32,000 bases of DNA. It comes from Phycisphaera mikurensis NBRC 102666 (GTDB lineage: Bacteria > Planctomycetota > Phycisphaerae > Phycisphaerales > Phycisphaeraceae). The translations under genes and the position numbers were made by a program. The stretch covers positions 3,420,001-3,452,000 of the forward strand of contig NC_017080.1 of assembly GCF_000284115.1 (NCBI RefSeq), in the 5' to 3' direction. The stretch's first letter is position 1. The number at the start of each line of letters is the position of its first letter. The notes below the pieces were generated by a model. It did no database searches. It saw only the letters and a program-made list of their open reading frames with translations, and had not been told where the DNA came from. Of the stretch, positions 1 to 9,500 are shown piece after piece.

Positions 1-504
1 CGCAAGCTCGCGCTCGTCCGCCTCGTTGAGGTCCACGCGTCCGGCGGCGCCTCCACCCGACGCGGCTGGGTCGGCGGCGGCCCGCGGGCCGGTGGACCGC
101 TTCGCCGGCCGCTTCTTGGGCCGCCCCGCGGCCGCCGATTTCTTCCCCGCGGGACGCGGCGCGGCGGCCGGTTCGTCGTCCTCCTCGTCGTCGCCGAGCA
201 CCGCCACGACGGCCGCGGCGACGCCCGCCGCGAGCACGGCTCCAAGCGAAACCGCCGCCACCACCTGCAGCGTCGTCAACCCGCCGACCAGCCCGCTCTC
301 AGAGTCGCCGGTGCCTGCGGCCGACCCGTGCCGGGGAGCGGCACCGGCGAGCGGCTCCCGCGGGAGCGGGCCGCGGGTGGAGGTGCTTTCGGCGGTGCGG
401 CGTGGGGCCGCGCCCGCCCCAGCGCCGGCGTGGTGGTCGGTCTGCGGGATGGGCATGGCGGCCGGGTCCGCGTCGTCGTCTCGCTCGGGGAGGGGCTTGG
501 GCAT
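1..504 (-). CDS. ComEA-like helix-hairpin-helix protein with one transmembrane segment (5' part only; runs off left edge)
   Basis: Manual minus-strand translation from ATG at 504 is open through position 1: MPKPLPERDDDADPAAMPIPQTDHH...GLVGGLTTLQVVAAVSLGAVLAAGVAAAVVAVLG...GRVDLNEADERELA. It has a hydrophobic helix, a basic/Ala/Pro linker and then a VDLNEADERELA start typical of ComEA HhH domains. It is absent from the ORF track because it has no stop inside the window. Confidence 0.65.
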   Translation of the reverse strand, partial: MPKPLPERDDDADPAAMPIPQTDHHAGAGAGAAPRRTAESTSTRGPLPREPLAGAAPRHGSAAGTGDSESGLVGGLTTLQVVAAVSLGAVLAAGVAAAVVAVLGDDEEDDEPAAAPRPAGKKSAAAGRPKKRPAKRSTGPRAAADPAASGGGAAGRVDLNEADERELA

Positions 505-680
505 GCCGGACGCTACGCGCCGGAAGGATGCCAGGCGCGGCGGCCGCGGAGGCGACGCGAGCCCCGCCGCACCCCCTCCACCACGCGTGGCAGGCGGACG
601 GCCCGGGATCGGCGCCCGGAGATCCACCCAATTCTGCGGCTTCGCTCACCCTTTGCTCACGCAACGCTCATACTCGATGG

Positions 681-1442
681 ATGGCTCCAGCTTCCTCCCC
701 ACCCGCGGCCGCCGCGACGGCCACCGATCCCGCGGCGGCGGCGAGCCGGCTGCGCACCGTGCTGCTGCGCGTCTGCTGGATCGCCATCCCCGTGCTCGCG
801 CTGATGAACGTGCTCGACCGGGTGCTCGACGACCGCCTGCCGATCGCCACGCTGAACATGGTGATGGGCAAGTTCCACATGGACTTCGACCTCTCGATCC
901 CCGCGTGGTTCACGGTCCAGCTCATCTTCCTCTCCGCCGCGGTCACCGGCGGCCTGGCCTGGCGGGCGTGGCGGCGCGGCGGCCCCGACGCGTGGCGGTA
1001 CACGCTCCTCGCGGGGGTGCTGTTGTTTCTCTCCGCGGACGAGTCCGCGGGGCTGCACGAGCTGCTCGGAACCGCCATGCGGGAGCGGCTGAATCTCTCG
1101 GGGCTGCTCTTCTTCGGGTGGATGATCCCGGTGGGGCTTGCCGCCGCGGGCGTGGGCGTCTGCATGATCCCGCTGCTCAAGCGGCTGCCGGCGGCCACCC
1201 GCAACACGATGATCCTCGGCGGCGGCGTCTACATCCTGGGAGCCGCCGGCCTGGAGATGCTCGCCGGCCCCTTCGCCGAGGCCGGCAACGGCCAGGGCAT
1301 CGAGTTCTTCACGCTGATGACCGTCGAGGAGTGCCTCGAGATGGCGGGCATGCTCATCTACCTGCAGGCCGCCAGCGCCTTCCTGCTCGGGCAGGTGGAG
1401 GTGCCGCTGCGCGAGCCCGACGCCGCGGTCGCGATCGCCTGA
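681..1442 (+). CDS. Multipass integral membrane protein, unknown function
   Basis: Part of ORF 402..1442; likely start ATG at 681 (MAPASSPP...). Four to five hydrophobic segments (VLLRVCWIAIPVLALMNV, WFTVQLIFLSAAVTGGLAW, YTLLAGVLLFLSA, LLFFGWMIPVGLAAAGVGVCMIPLL). Confidence 0.65.
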   Translation: MAPASSPPAAAATATDPAAAASRLRTVLLRVCWIAIPVLALMNVLDRVLDDRLPIATLNMVMGKFHMDFDLSIPAWFTVQLIFLSAAVTGGLAWRAWRRGGPDAWRYTLLAGVLLFLSADESAGLHELLGTAMRERLNLSGLLFFGWMIPVGLAAAGVGVCMIPLLKRLPAATRNTMILGGGVYILGAAGLEMLAGPFAEAGNGQGIEFFTLMTVEECLEMAGMLIYLQAASAFLLGQVEVPLREPDAAVAIA

Positions 1443-1534
1443 TCCCAAGCCCGCGGCCGGGGGCACCGCAGCCGCCGCCCCCGCGGATCGCCGCCCCGGC
1501 CGGGCTGGAAGGCACGCGGTCCGCGGCGCGTCGC

Positions 1535-2338
1535 TCAAACGATCGAGTCGATGATCCCGCCCTCGCAGCGGAGCGTCGCGCCGGTGGTGGCCGAAGCGAG
1601 CGGCGACACGGCGAAGGCGACCAGGTCCGCGACCTCCTCCGGTGTCGCGAAGCGGGCGATCAGCGAGCCCGGCCGCTGCTCCTCGAAGAACCGCGTCTTC
1701 ATCTCGTCCACGCTCAAGCCCTTCTCCGCCGCGACCTGCTCCACGAAGGCCGCGACGCCCTCGGTCCAGGTCGGCCCCGGCAGCACGCTGTTCACCGTGA
1801 TCCCGCTGCCCCCAAGCTCCTTCGCGAGCCCGCGTGACAGCGCCAGCTGGGCGCTCTTGGTCACCCCGTAGTGGATCATCTCCTCGGGCGTGCACACGCC
1901 CGACTCGCTGGAGATGAAGACCACGCGGCCCCAGCCGGCGTGCTTCATCCGCGGCAGCAGCGCCCGCGTCATCCGAACCCCCGACATCACGTTCAGATCG
2001 AAGATCCCCGCCCAATCTTCGTCCGTGATCTTCTCGAACGACTTCGGCGCGTACGCGCCCGCGTTGTTCACCAGCACGTCCACCATCGCGACGTGCTCGG
2101 CCGCCGCCGCGAGGTCCAGCGCCCCGCGCTCCGCCGAGAGGTCGGCCGCGACGCCGTGCACGTCGGCGCCGGCGACCTCCCCGCGCAGCTTCTCGACCGC
2201 CTCCGCAACCGAGCCCTCGCTCCGCCCGTTGACCGTGACGGTCGCGCCTTCCCTCAGCAGCCGCTCCGCGATCGCGAAGCCGATGCCCTTGGTCGATCCG
2301 GTCACCAGCGCGTGCTTGCCGTTGAGTTTCAGGTCCAT
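1535..2338 (-). CDS. SDR family NAD(P)-dependent oxidoreductase
   Basis: MDLKLNGKHALVTGSTKGIGFAIAERLLREG (TGxxxGIG cofactor motif), DVLVNNAG, and YGVTKSAQ (YxxxK active site); start at 2338. Confidence 0.9.
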   Translation of the reverse strand: MDLKLNGKHALVTGSTKGIGFAIAERLLREGATVTVNGRSEGSVAEAVEKLRGEVAGADVHGVAADLSAERGALDLAAAAEHVAMVDVLVNNAGAYAPKSFEKITDEDWAGIFDLNVMSGVRMTRALLPRMKHAGWGRVVFISSESGVCTPEEMIHYGVTKSAQLALSRGLAKELGGSGITVNSVLPGPTWTEGVAAFVEQVAAEKGLSVDEMKTRFFEEQRPGSLIARFATPEEVADLVAFAVSPLASATTGATLRCEGGIIDSIV

Positions 2339-2370
2339 GGCCGACGGTAGCGCCGGCCCGGCCCCGCCGA

Positions 2371-3387
2371 TCACCTCACCCGGATCACGACCTTGCCCAC
2401 GTGCTTCTGCTGCTGGAAGTAGCTGTAGGCCTCGACCGCCTCCTCGAAGGCGAACGTCCGGTCGATCTTCGGCTTGATCCGATTCGCCTCCACCGCCTGT
2501 GCCAGCCCCTCGAACTGCGCCACCGAGCCGACGTAGATGCCGCGGATCGTCTGCGCATTCAGCAGCGCCGGCAGCACCGAGGGCTGCTCGTCGGGATTCG
2601 TGAGCAGCCCGATCAGAGAGATCGTCCCGCCCACGCGCACGCTCTTCAGCGACCGCTCCAGCGTGCCCGCTCCGCCCACCTCCAGCACGTTGTCGACGCC
2701 GCGGCCGCCGGTGATCCGCAGCACCTCCTCGTGCCAGTCCGGCGTATTGCCGTAGTTGATGACGTGGTCCGCCCCGAGCCCGCGGGCCAGGCCCAGCTTC
2801 TCGTCGCTGGAGCTGGTGACGATCGTCGTCGCCCCCGCGGCGTGCGCGAGCTGCAGCCCGAACACGCTCACCCCGCCCGTCCCCAGCAGCAGCACCGTGT
2901 CGCCGGGCTTCAGCCCCGCCGAGGTGAGCGCGTTCCACGCCGTCACCCCCGCGCACGGCAGCGTCGCAGCCTGCTCGTGGCTGAGGTGCGCCGGCACCCG
3001 CACCAGCGCCTCCTCGCTCGCCACGATTCGCTCCGCCAGCACCCCCTCCAGCCCGCCCCCCAGCGACGACCGCGCCCCCGCCTCGGTCAGCCCGCCCGCG
3101 GGATGCTTCGCCAGGAAGTTGGGCATGACGCGGTCCCCCTCGCTCCACCTCCGGACGGCGGAGCCCACCTCGACGACCTCCCCCGAGGCGTCCGACAGCG
3201 GCACCACCGGCGAGGTGTCGTTCCGCGGGTACCCGCCCCGCGTCACGATCAGGTCCCGGAAGTTCAGTGAGCAAGCGTGTACCTCCACCCGCACCTCGTG
3301 CGGCAGCAGCTCCCCCGGCTCCTCCACGTCCACCCGGGAGATGGCCTCGGGAACGCCGGCGTCTGACACAATGCGGTAAGCCTTCAT
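2371..3387 (-). CDS. Zinc-type alcohol dehydrogenase / quinone oxidoreductase-like NAD(P)-dependent MDR protein
   Basis: MKAYRIVSDAGVPEAISRVDVEEP...SLNFRDLIVTRGGYP...VLLLGTGGVSVFGLQLAHAAGATTIVTSSSDEKL...GADHVINY, typical of the MDR superfamily. Confidence 0.88.
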   Translation of the reverse strand: MKAYRIVSDAGVPEAISRVDVEEPGELLPHEVRVEVHACSLNFRDLIVTRGGYPRNDTSPVVPLSDASGEVVEVGSAVRRWSEGDRVMPNFLAKHPAGGLTEAGARSSLGGGLEGVLAERIVASEEALVRVPAHLSHEQAATLPCAGVTAWNALTSAGLKPGDTVLLLGTGGVSVFGLQLAHAAGATTIVTSSSDEKLGLARGLGADHVINYGNTPDWHEEVLRITGGRGVDNVLEVGGAGTLERSLKSVRVGGTISLIGLLTNPDEQPSVLPALLNAQTIRGIYVGSVAQFEGLAQAVEANRIKPKIDRTFAFEEAVEAYSYFQQQKHVGKVVIRVR

Positions 3388-3455
3388 GATCTTTTCCTTC
3401 GGGAGCGAGAGAAAGTGAGATAGTTCGATTCCGATCGAACAGTACCGAGCCACGC

Positions 3456-3761
3456 ATGCCGCCGCAACCGTCCGAGCCCGACGCCGCCGACCTCGACCTG
3501 CCCCGGGTCCTCCGCGCGCTCGCCGATCCGGTCCGACTCGACATCGTCCGCTACGCGCACGCCCACCCCGGCGCGCCCTGCTCCACCATCCTCGCCGACG
3601 TTCCCAAGAGCACCGCCAGCCACCACTGGAGGGTCCTCCGCGAGGCCGGCCTGCTCCACCAGGAACCCGCCGGCCGCCAGAAGCTCAACCACCTGCGGAA
3701 GGCCGAAGTCGATACCGCGTACCCCGGCCTCCTCGACGCCGTGCTCGCCGGGCGTGAGTAG
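3456..3761 (+). CDS. ArsR-family winged helix-turn-helix transcriptional regulator
   Basis: LPRVLRALADPVRLDIVRYA...ILADVPKSTASHHWRVLREAGLLHQEPAGRQKLNHLRK is a canonical ArsR/SmtB HTH. Confidence 0.88.
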   Translation: MPPQPSEPDAADLDLPRVLRALADPVRLDIVRYAHAHPGAPCSTILADVPKSTASHHWRVLREAGLLHQEPAGRQKLNHLRKAEVDTAYPGLLDAVLAGRE

Positions 3762-4176
3762 CGGGCTTGTTGGCGTTCCTCTCGCTGGCCTCGGGCCGGT
3801 TGCTGACGCGGCCCCAGCGGGAGTCGCGTTCTTCCGGCGTGCTGCCGGGGCCGAGGGATTGGCCGTCCCGGCGGGCGTTGGCATTGGCGAAGGTCCCGAT
3901 CCAGCTCTGCGTGGTCCCGAACTGCTCCTTCATCACGCAGAGGAAGGGGTCGGGGATCTTGTCGACGACGCGGATCTCCTGCGGGAGCGAAGCGCCGGGC
4001 GCTTCGCCGCCCGGGGCTCGCCCCCCCCGGGAGCGTTGGCTCCCGTCCAGCCTCGCAGCCGCCGCCTCCAACGCCGCCACGGTCCCGGCGACATCGACCT
4101 CCAGGTTCACCGGTGCCGGTGGCAAGCGGCGGATGCGCCCGAGCCTGCCGGAGTGGATCCACCTCGCGAGGTCCAC
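3685..4176 (-). pseudogene. Truncated, degenerate copy of the C-terminal tail of the giant AAA+ ATPase gene (6547..11949)
   Basis: Translation LPPAPVNLEVDVAGTVAALEAAAARLDGSQRSRGG...QEIRVVDKIPDPFLCVMKEQFGTTQSWIGTFANANARRDGQ matches ATPase tail LPPAPVNLEVDVAGIVAALEAAAAKLDGSQRSRGE...QEIRVVNKIPDTFLYVMKEQFEIMQSWIEPFAQVNARQDGQ. The nucleotide similarity is also strong. The stop is lost and read-through continues to 3685. Confidence 0.7.
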
Positions 4177-4180
4177 GGTT

Positions 4181-5170
4181 CTAACGCCGCGTCGCCCGCA
4201 GGATCCACCAGCCGCGGCGGTGGTCGGCGCCGGTGTAGAAGAGCACGCCCGCACCGCCTTCGCCCGTGGCGAAGCTGATCGAGGGGGCGATGATCTCGGA
4301 ACGTTCCAGCGGGCCGTGCTGGACGAGCAGGGGTGCGGGGTCGGGCGTCCAGGGGCCGAAGGGGTGGTCGGCGGTCGCGCGGAAGATGGCCTCGCGGTCG
4401 CCGTGGGCGTCCGTGCGCACGGCGACGAAGCCGCCGCCGGGCCGCGGGGTGACCTGGCCCTCCATCCCGATCGGGCAGTCGACCTCGGCGGGCTCGCTCC
4501 AGGTGGTGCCGCCGTCGGCGGAGGTCGCGCCGAGGACGCGGACGCGCGTCACGCGATCGGGCGGGGCGTCCCAGGCGAGGAAGACCAGGTGCAGCGTTCC
4601 CTCGTGCTCCACGACGCTCGGGGAGGTCACGCAGTGGACGAACGCGCCGGCGAGGTGCCCGCGCTCCACGACCGGGCCGGGTCGCTCGCGGTACGGGCCC
4701 TCCGCGGAGGCGGCCTCGGCGACGTGCAGCTGCGCCTCGTAGCTCGCTTCGTCCGCGTAGGCGATGTACCACAGCCGGTGACGGCCCCCGGCGGTGGCGC
4801 GGTGGAAGCCGGTCTCGCGGCTGATCGCCGGGGCTCCGGCGGGCCGGAGGATCTCGATCGTCCGGCCCGGCGCCCATCCGCCGGCCGCCCCGCGGGTGGC
4901 GAGCTTGAGCGCAGGCCGGTCGTCGTGGTCACCGGTGTAGAGCATGCGAACGACGCCGCGACCGTCCGCGAACACGTGCGGATCGCTCGCCACCTCGTAC
5001 CCGCCGCCGGGCAGCGGGTCGCGCAGGATCGCACCGGCGGGATCGCGGTGCCAAGCCCCGACCGCCGCCGCGGGGGCCGCCTCGCCGCAGCCGGGCATGC
5101 AGAGGCAGGCGGCGGCGGCGACGGCCACCCAGAGCCTCGCCGGCGATCGCTTCGGGATGCTGCGGATCAT
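4181..5170 (-). CDS. Secreted lipoprotein-like protein, exo-sialidase / five-bladed beta-propeller-like
   Basis: Signal peptide with Cys (LWVAVAAAACLCMPGCGEA). Repeated blade-like motifs (VVRMLYTGDHDDRPALKLA, HRLWYIAYADEASYEAQLHVAEA, LHLVFLAWDAPPDRVTRVRVLGATSADGGTTWSEP) contain an Asp-box-like SADGGTTW. Confidence 0.65.
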   Translation of the reverse strand: MIRSIPKRSPARLWVAVAAAACLCMPGCGEAAPAAAVGAWHRDPAGAILRDPLPGGGYEVASDPHVFADGRGVVRMLYTGDHDDRPALKLATRGAAGGWAPGRTIEILRPAGAPAISRETGFHRATAGGRHRLWYIAYADEASYEAQLHVAEAASAEGPYRERPGPVVERGHLAGAFVHCVTSPSVVEHEGTLHLVFLAWDAPPDRVTRVRVLGATSADGGTTWSEPAEVDCPIGMEGQVTPRPGGGFVAVRTDAHGDREAIFRATADHPFGPWTPDPAPLLVQHGPLERSEIIAPSISFATGEGGAGVLFYTGADHRRGWWILRATRR

Positions 5171-5287
5171 CGCGTGCTCCTCGCAAAAGGCTGAGGATCC
5201 CGATCGCGTGGTCCGTTCTCGGGCGACACGCCGCTTCGCGCCGGCTGCCGGCGGTGCGCCCCGGGGTCCGCCGGACCCGTCCGGGCT

Positions 5288-5758
5288 TCAGATCGGATCG
5301 GCCGAGGCATAGAGCACCGCGCTCACCCGTCGCACCCGATCCAGCTGAGCCGGCGGCAGCGTGATCATCAGGCTGGCGAGCTGGGTCTGCTCGCCCGCGG
5401 GGATGCCGTCGTCCCCGAAGCTCGACTGGCTCGACGCGCCGATGAGTTCGCCCGCCGCGTCGAAGACCGCGACGTGCATGCTCACGTGGCGGGCTCCGTC
5501 GGCCTCGTTGAACAGCTGCGCCGACACCATCAGCTTCTCGCGGCCGAAGAATTCGCCGCGGTAGAAGGACGTCTCGAGGCGGACCGACGCCGCTTCGAGC
5601 TGGAACGCCGGCGCCCCTTCCGGCGGCCCGAACTCGCTCGCGGGCAGCGCCTCGAAGCCGACCGAGGCGGCCTCGGAAGCCGGTCCCGCGAACGCGGTCG
5701 CCGAGGCCAGCCACACCGCCGCGAACGCGGCCACGATCCGGCAGGGAAGGGATCTCAT
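5288..5758 (-). CDS. Small secreted hypothetical protein
   Basis: Signal peptide MRSLPCRIVAAFAAVWLASATAFAG followed by a beta-rich soluble domain; no family recognised. Confidence 0.6.
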   Translation of the reverse strand: MRSLPCRIVAAFAAVWLASATAFAGPASEAASVGFEALPASEFGPPEGAPAFQLEAASVRLETSFYRGEFFGREKLMVSAQLFNEADGARHVSMHVAVFDAAGELIGASSQSSFGDDGIPAGEQTQLASLMITLPPAQLDRVRRVSAVLYASADPI

Positions 5759-5985
5759 CCCCCGAAGCTACCGCAACACGGCCGCCGGGGCCCCGCCCCA
5801 AGATCTCGGGCCTTCCCCAGGATCCTCCGCCCTTGCACCGGAGCCCGCCTTGGCGTCGCGGCCGGGCCGTGGAGGAGCTCCGGCCCCTTCCCGCGAGACG
5901 AGGCCGCGGCTGGGGTCTAGTGTCGACGGGACGTCGCCGGAGGAGGCGGCGTCATCCTCGGGTCGAGAAACGAAGGAGTGGTGAA

Positions 5986-6528
5986 ATGCGGATCCCAACG
6001 ATGGGAGCGCTTGTGATTGGTGCCGCGGGCGCAAGCGGCGTCGCGGCTGCGCAGAGCGTGGAGGGGTCGATCGTGAGCGGCGGAACCACCGTCACCTCGG
6101 GCACGGCAACGCCGGGGCCGGGGGTGGAGTTCCGCGGCGAGGTCTTCCGCAACGAGATCTTCGGTGTCAACAGCGCCGACGCCTTCATCGACGTGGACGA
6201 CGACGGGCTGGGCGCGAGCTTCGGGATCGAGCGGACGGCCGGCTCCGCCGGGGTGTCGTCCGAAACGCCGGTGACGTTCACGCTCTCTGGCGCCGCGGTC
6301 GCGGGCATCGCCTCGGTGGACCTGCTCGACGAGAGCTTCGGCCAGGACCGGCCCGTCGAGAGCAGCTTCCGCGGCGGCACGCTGACGGTGACGCTGACCA
6401 ACGGCTTCTTCGTGGGCTCCTCCGACCCCAGCCGCGCGGCGGACTTCGGCTTCACGCCGATCCCCGAGCCCGCCGCGGCGGGGGTTCTCGCCCTCGGCAG
6501 CGCGGCTCTGCTCCGCCGGCGAGGCTGA
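5986..6528 (+). CDS. PEP-CTERM sorting-signal protein
   Basis: ATG at 5986 preceded by AAGGAG (SD). N-terminal signal peptide. C-terminus IPEPAAAGVLALGSAALLRRRG is the PEP + hydrophobic + Arg tripartite exosortase signal. Confidence 0.85.
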   Translation: MRIPTMGALVIGAAGASGVAAAQSVEGSIVSGGTTVTSGTATPGPGVEFRGEVFRNEIFGVNSADAFIDVDDDGLGASFGIERTAGSAGVSSETPVTFTLSGAAVAGIASVDLLDESFGQDRPVESSFRGGTLTVTLTNGFFVGSSDPSRAADFGFTPIPEPAAAGVLALGSAALLRRRG

Positions 6529-6546
6529 AACGCCTGTCACCAGGCC

Positions 6547-9500
6547 TCAGCTCCGGTCGCTGTTCTCGAGCTTGTCGATGACGCGGCCCCAGCGGTGGGT
6601 GAGCTTGTCGAGGGTCTGCTGCAGCTCGGTGAGCTGGCCGTCCTGGCGGGCGTTGACCTGGGCGAAGGGCTCGATCCAGCTCTGCATGATCTCGAATTGC
6701 TCCTTCATCACGTAGAGGAAGGTGTCGGGGATCTTGTTGACGACGCGGATCTCCTGCGGGTGCGTATCGCCGGTGGCTCGCTCCCCCCGGGAGCGTTGAC
6801 TCCCGTCCAGCTTCGCAGCCGCCGCCTCCAACGCCGCCACGATCCCGGCGACGTCGACCTCCAGGTTCACCGGCGCCGGTGGCAAGCGGCCGTCGCGGAC
6901 GGCCGAGGCGATCCCGCCGATCGCGGCGTTCACCTTCGAAAGCTCGGCGATGGCCGCGGCGGTCGCGTCGCCGGACGAAACGGCGGCGGCGACGGAGGCC
7001 GCGGAGCCACTGATCTTGCTCAGCTCGGCGATGGCGGCGGCGGTCGCGTCGCCGGACGAAACGGCGGCGGCGACGGAGGCCGCGGAGCCACTGATCTTGC
7101 TCAGCTCGGCGATGGCGGCGGCGGTCGCGTCGCCGCCGAGTGCTCTGACGCTGTTGTTCCGCACGAAGGCGGACTTGATCTCCACCCACCGCTCTTCCTG
7201 CTCGGGTGTGAGCCCGAAGACCAGCTCGCGGAACTTGAGCAGGTTGGCCTCGGCGCCGGTGGTGAGCGTCTGCGCATCCTGCTCGTAGGCGGAGACGATC
7301 AGCTCCCGCAGCTCCGCGTCGTTCATGACGGCGGAGACCTTCTCGGCGATGCGGTTCATGTTCCGGTAGCTGCCTTGCAGCAGGAACGGCGGCTCGGTGC
7401 GGTAGTCGTCGTCCTGACCGGCGGAGGCGATGTACGCGAGGTTGACCTTCAGGATCACATCGCGGACGCGGGCCAGCTTCCGCACGACCTCGACCATCTC
7501 CGCCAGCTCGTCGGGCGGGAAGCTCCCGTCGAACTCGACTCCGTCGGGCGAGGCGCCGCCGGCGAGGCGGATGACGCGGTGAACGTCGTCGCGGGTTGCC
7601 GTGGCCAGCGGGTTCAGCGCCGGGTTGCTGGTGAGCGCGTTCTCGAGGTAGCTCATCTCGAAGGCGTCGCCGTGCGCCCCGATGATGTCGCCGAGGTTGT
7701 ACGTGTCGGCCCGGTTGCTGAGCATGTCCGGGATGCGGAAGGCCTCGCCCGACTCCGTGTACGGGTTGCCGGCCATGACCACGGCGACCCGCCGGCCGCG
7801 GAAGTCGTAGGCCTTGGGCTTGCCGTGGCGGACGCCCTCGATCCGGCGCTGGGCGTCGCAGAGGCTGATGAACTTCTGCAGGAACGCGGGGTTCGTGTGC
7901 TGGATGTCGTCGACGTAGACCATCACGTTGTCGCCCATCTCAAAGCCGAGGTTCAGCTTCTGCAGCTCCTCCTTCGCCGCGGCGTTGGTGGCCTCGGCGG
8001 GGTCCAGCGAAGTGACGCCGTGCCCGAGCGCCGGGCCGTTGATCTTGAGGAACACCATGCCCAGCCGGGCGCACACGTATTCCATCAGCGTCGTCTTGCC
8101 GTAGCCGGGCGGCGAGATGAGCAGCAGCAGGCCCATGCGGTCGGTCCGGGTGTCGGCGCCGGCGGTGCCGATCTGCTTGGCGAGGTTGTCGCCGATCAGC
8201 GGCAGGAAGACCTCGTCGAGCAGCCGATTCCGGACGAAGCTGGTGAGCACCTTCGGCTTGAAGGTGTCGAGCCGCATCTGGTCGCGGGCTTCTTTAAGCA
8301 CCTCGTGCTTGGTGTCGCTGAACGCCTCGAACGCGGCGACGCCGGCGGTGGCGAAGCGCCGCATGCGCGGGACCCAGACCGGGTAATCGATCGTCAGCTC
8401 GCCGCCGCGGATGCGGGGGTGGTCGCCGACGAGGTTCTCCACGCTGCGCGTTGGCGAGGCGTCGAGGACGCGGAGGTTGTTCTCACCTCCGGCGAGGCGC
8501 AGCGCAACTTCCGGGTCACGATCCCAGGTGCGGGCGAGGCGGAAGCGCTCCACGGCATCCGGAGCCGCTTCGAGCGCGGCGGCGAGCGGCTCGCCCGCCG
8601 TCTCGCGCAGCGAGGCGGCGGACGCAACCGCCCCGCCGCTCGCCGCGAAGCGGACCTCGCCGCCGATCCCCGCGAGGCCGACCTCGGCGGCGAGCACGGC
8701 AACGGCCTCGTCGGCTTGCTCGGCCGTGAACCCCCCGACCTCCTCCGCGAATCCGCGGACCGTGGCCTCCAGCGCCGGGAAACCTCCACGGTCCGCGGCA
8801 TCCGCCTCTGCCTCTGTGCCTCCTCTGTGCCTCTGTGCCTCCGTGTCCTCTGCGTTCCGCGAAGCGGGTCCCGGAGACGCGGCCGCGGCGGCGTTGGCGA
8901 GGCGGAGGTGCCACAGCTTCCGCTCATCGTCGGTGGCGCCGGCCTCCCACCAAAGCTGCGCCAGCACCCGAGCGGGGGCGGAGAAGCGGAGCGTGCCCAG
9001 CGTGTCCCGCAGCTCGACCAGGGCCGACAGGATCTTCGCCGCGTCGGCGTCGTGGACGCCCTTCACGTAGCCCTCGGCGTAGCGCGGCGCCATGTACGCC
9101 TGCACCGCCTCGACGGAGGTGCCCGCGCCCGCTTCGAGCATGAGGTACGCGAGGTACTCCGCCCGGTACACGCTCGCGGACTCGCTGACCAGCGCCTGGT
9201 CCCACCGCGCAGACGCTCCACGCAGGCGGGGATCCGCAACCTCCTCGAAGAACTGCGTGCCGGTGACGTGCAGCACCGGCGTGTCGTCGCGGTGCACGAG
9301 CGTCAGGTCGATCGGCTGCGTGCTGATCGCGAAGGTGTGCCGGCCGAAGCGGATCGTGTCGCGGCCGCCGCCCTGCAGGTCGAGCCGATCCTTGAGCCGC
9401 CGGACGGCGTCCTCCTTCGCGGCCTTCAGCCCCGCGCGCAGGTCACCCTCGCGTACCCGGTCGTCCATCCCGCCCAGCTCGTCCGCGAGGTCGCGGAGCT

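Noticed and set aside
26-1837. 603-aa + strand ORF at the left edge, with TTG start
   Set aside because: Overlaps the ComEA-like minus gene and the membrane protein in another frame; low-complexity Ala/Arg/Pro composition.
1535-3544. 669-aa minus-strand ORF as an MDR-SDR fusion
   Set aside because: The MDR gene is in a different frame (2371-3387). This ORF's upstream half is a shadow, and the true SDR starts at the ATG at 2338.
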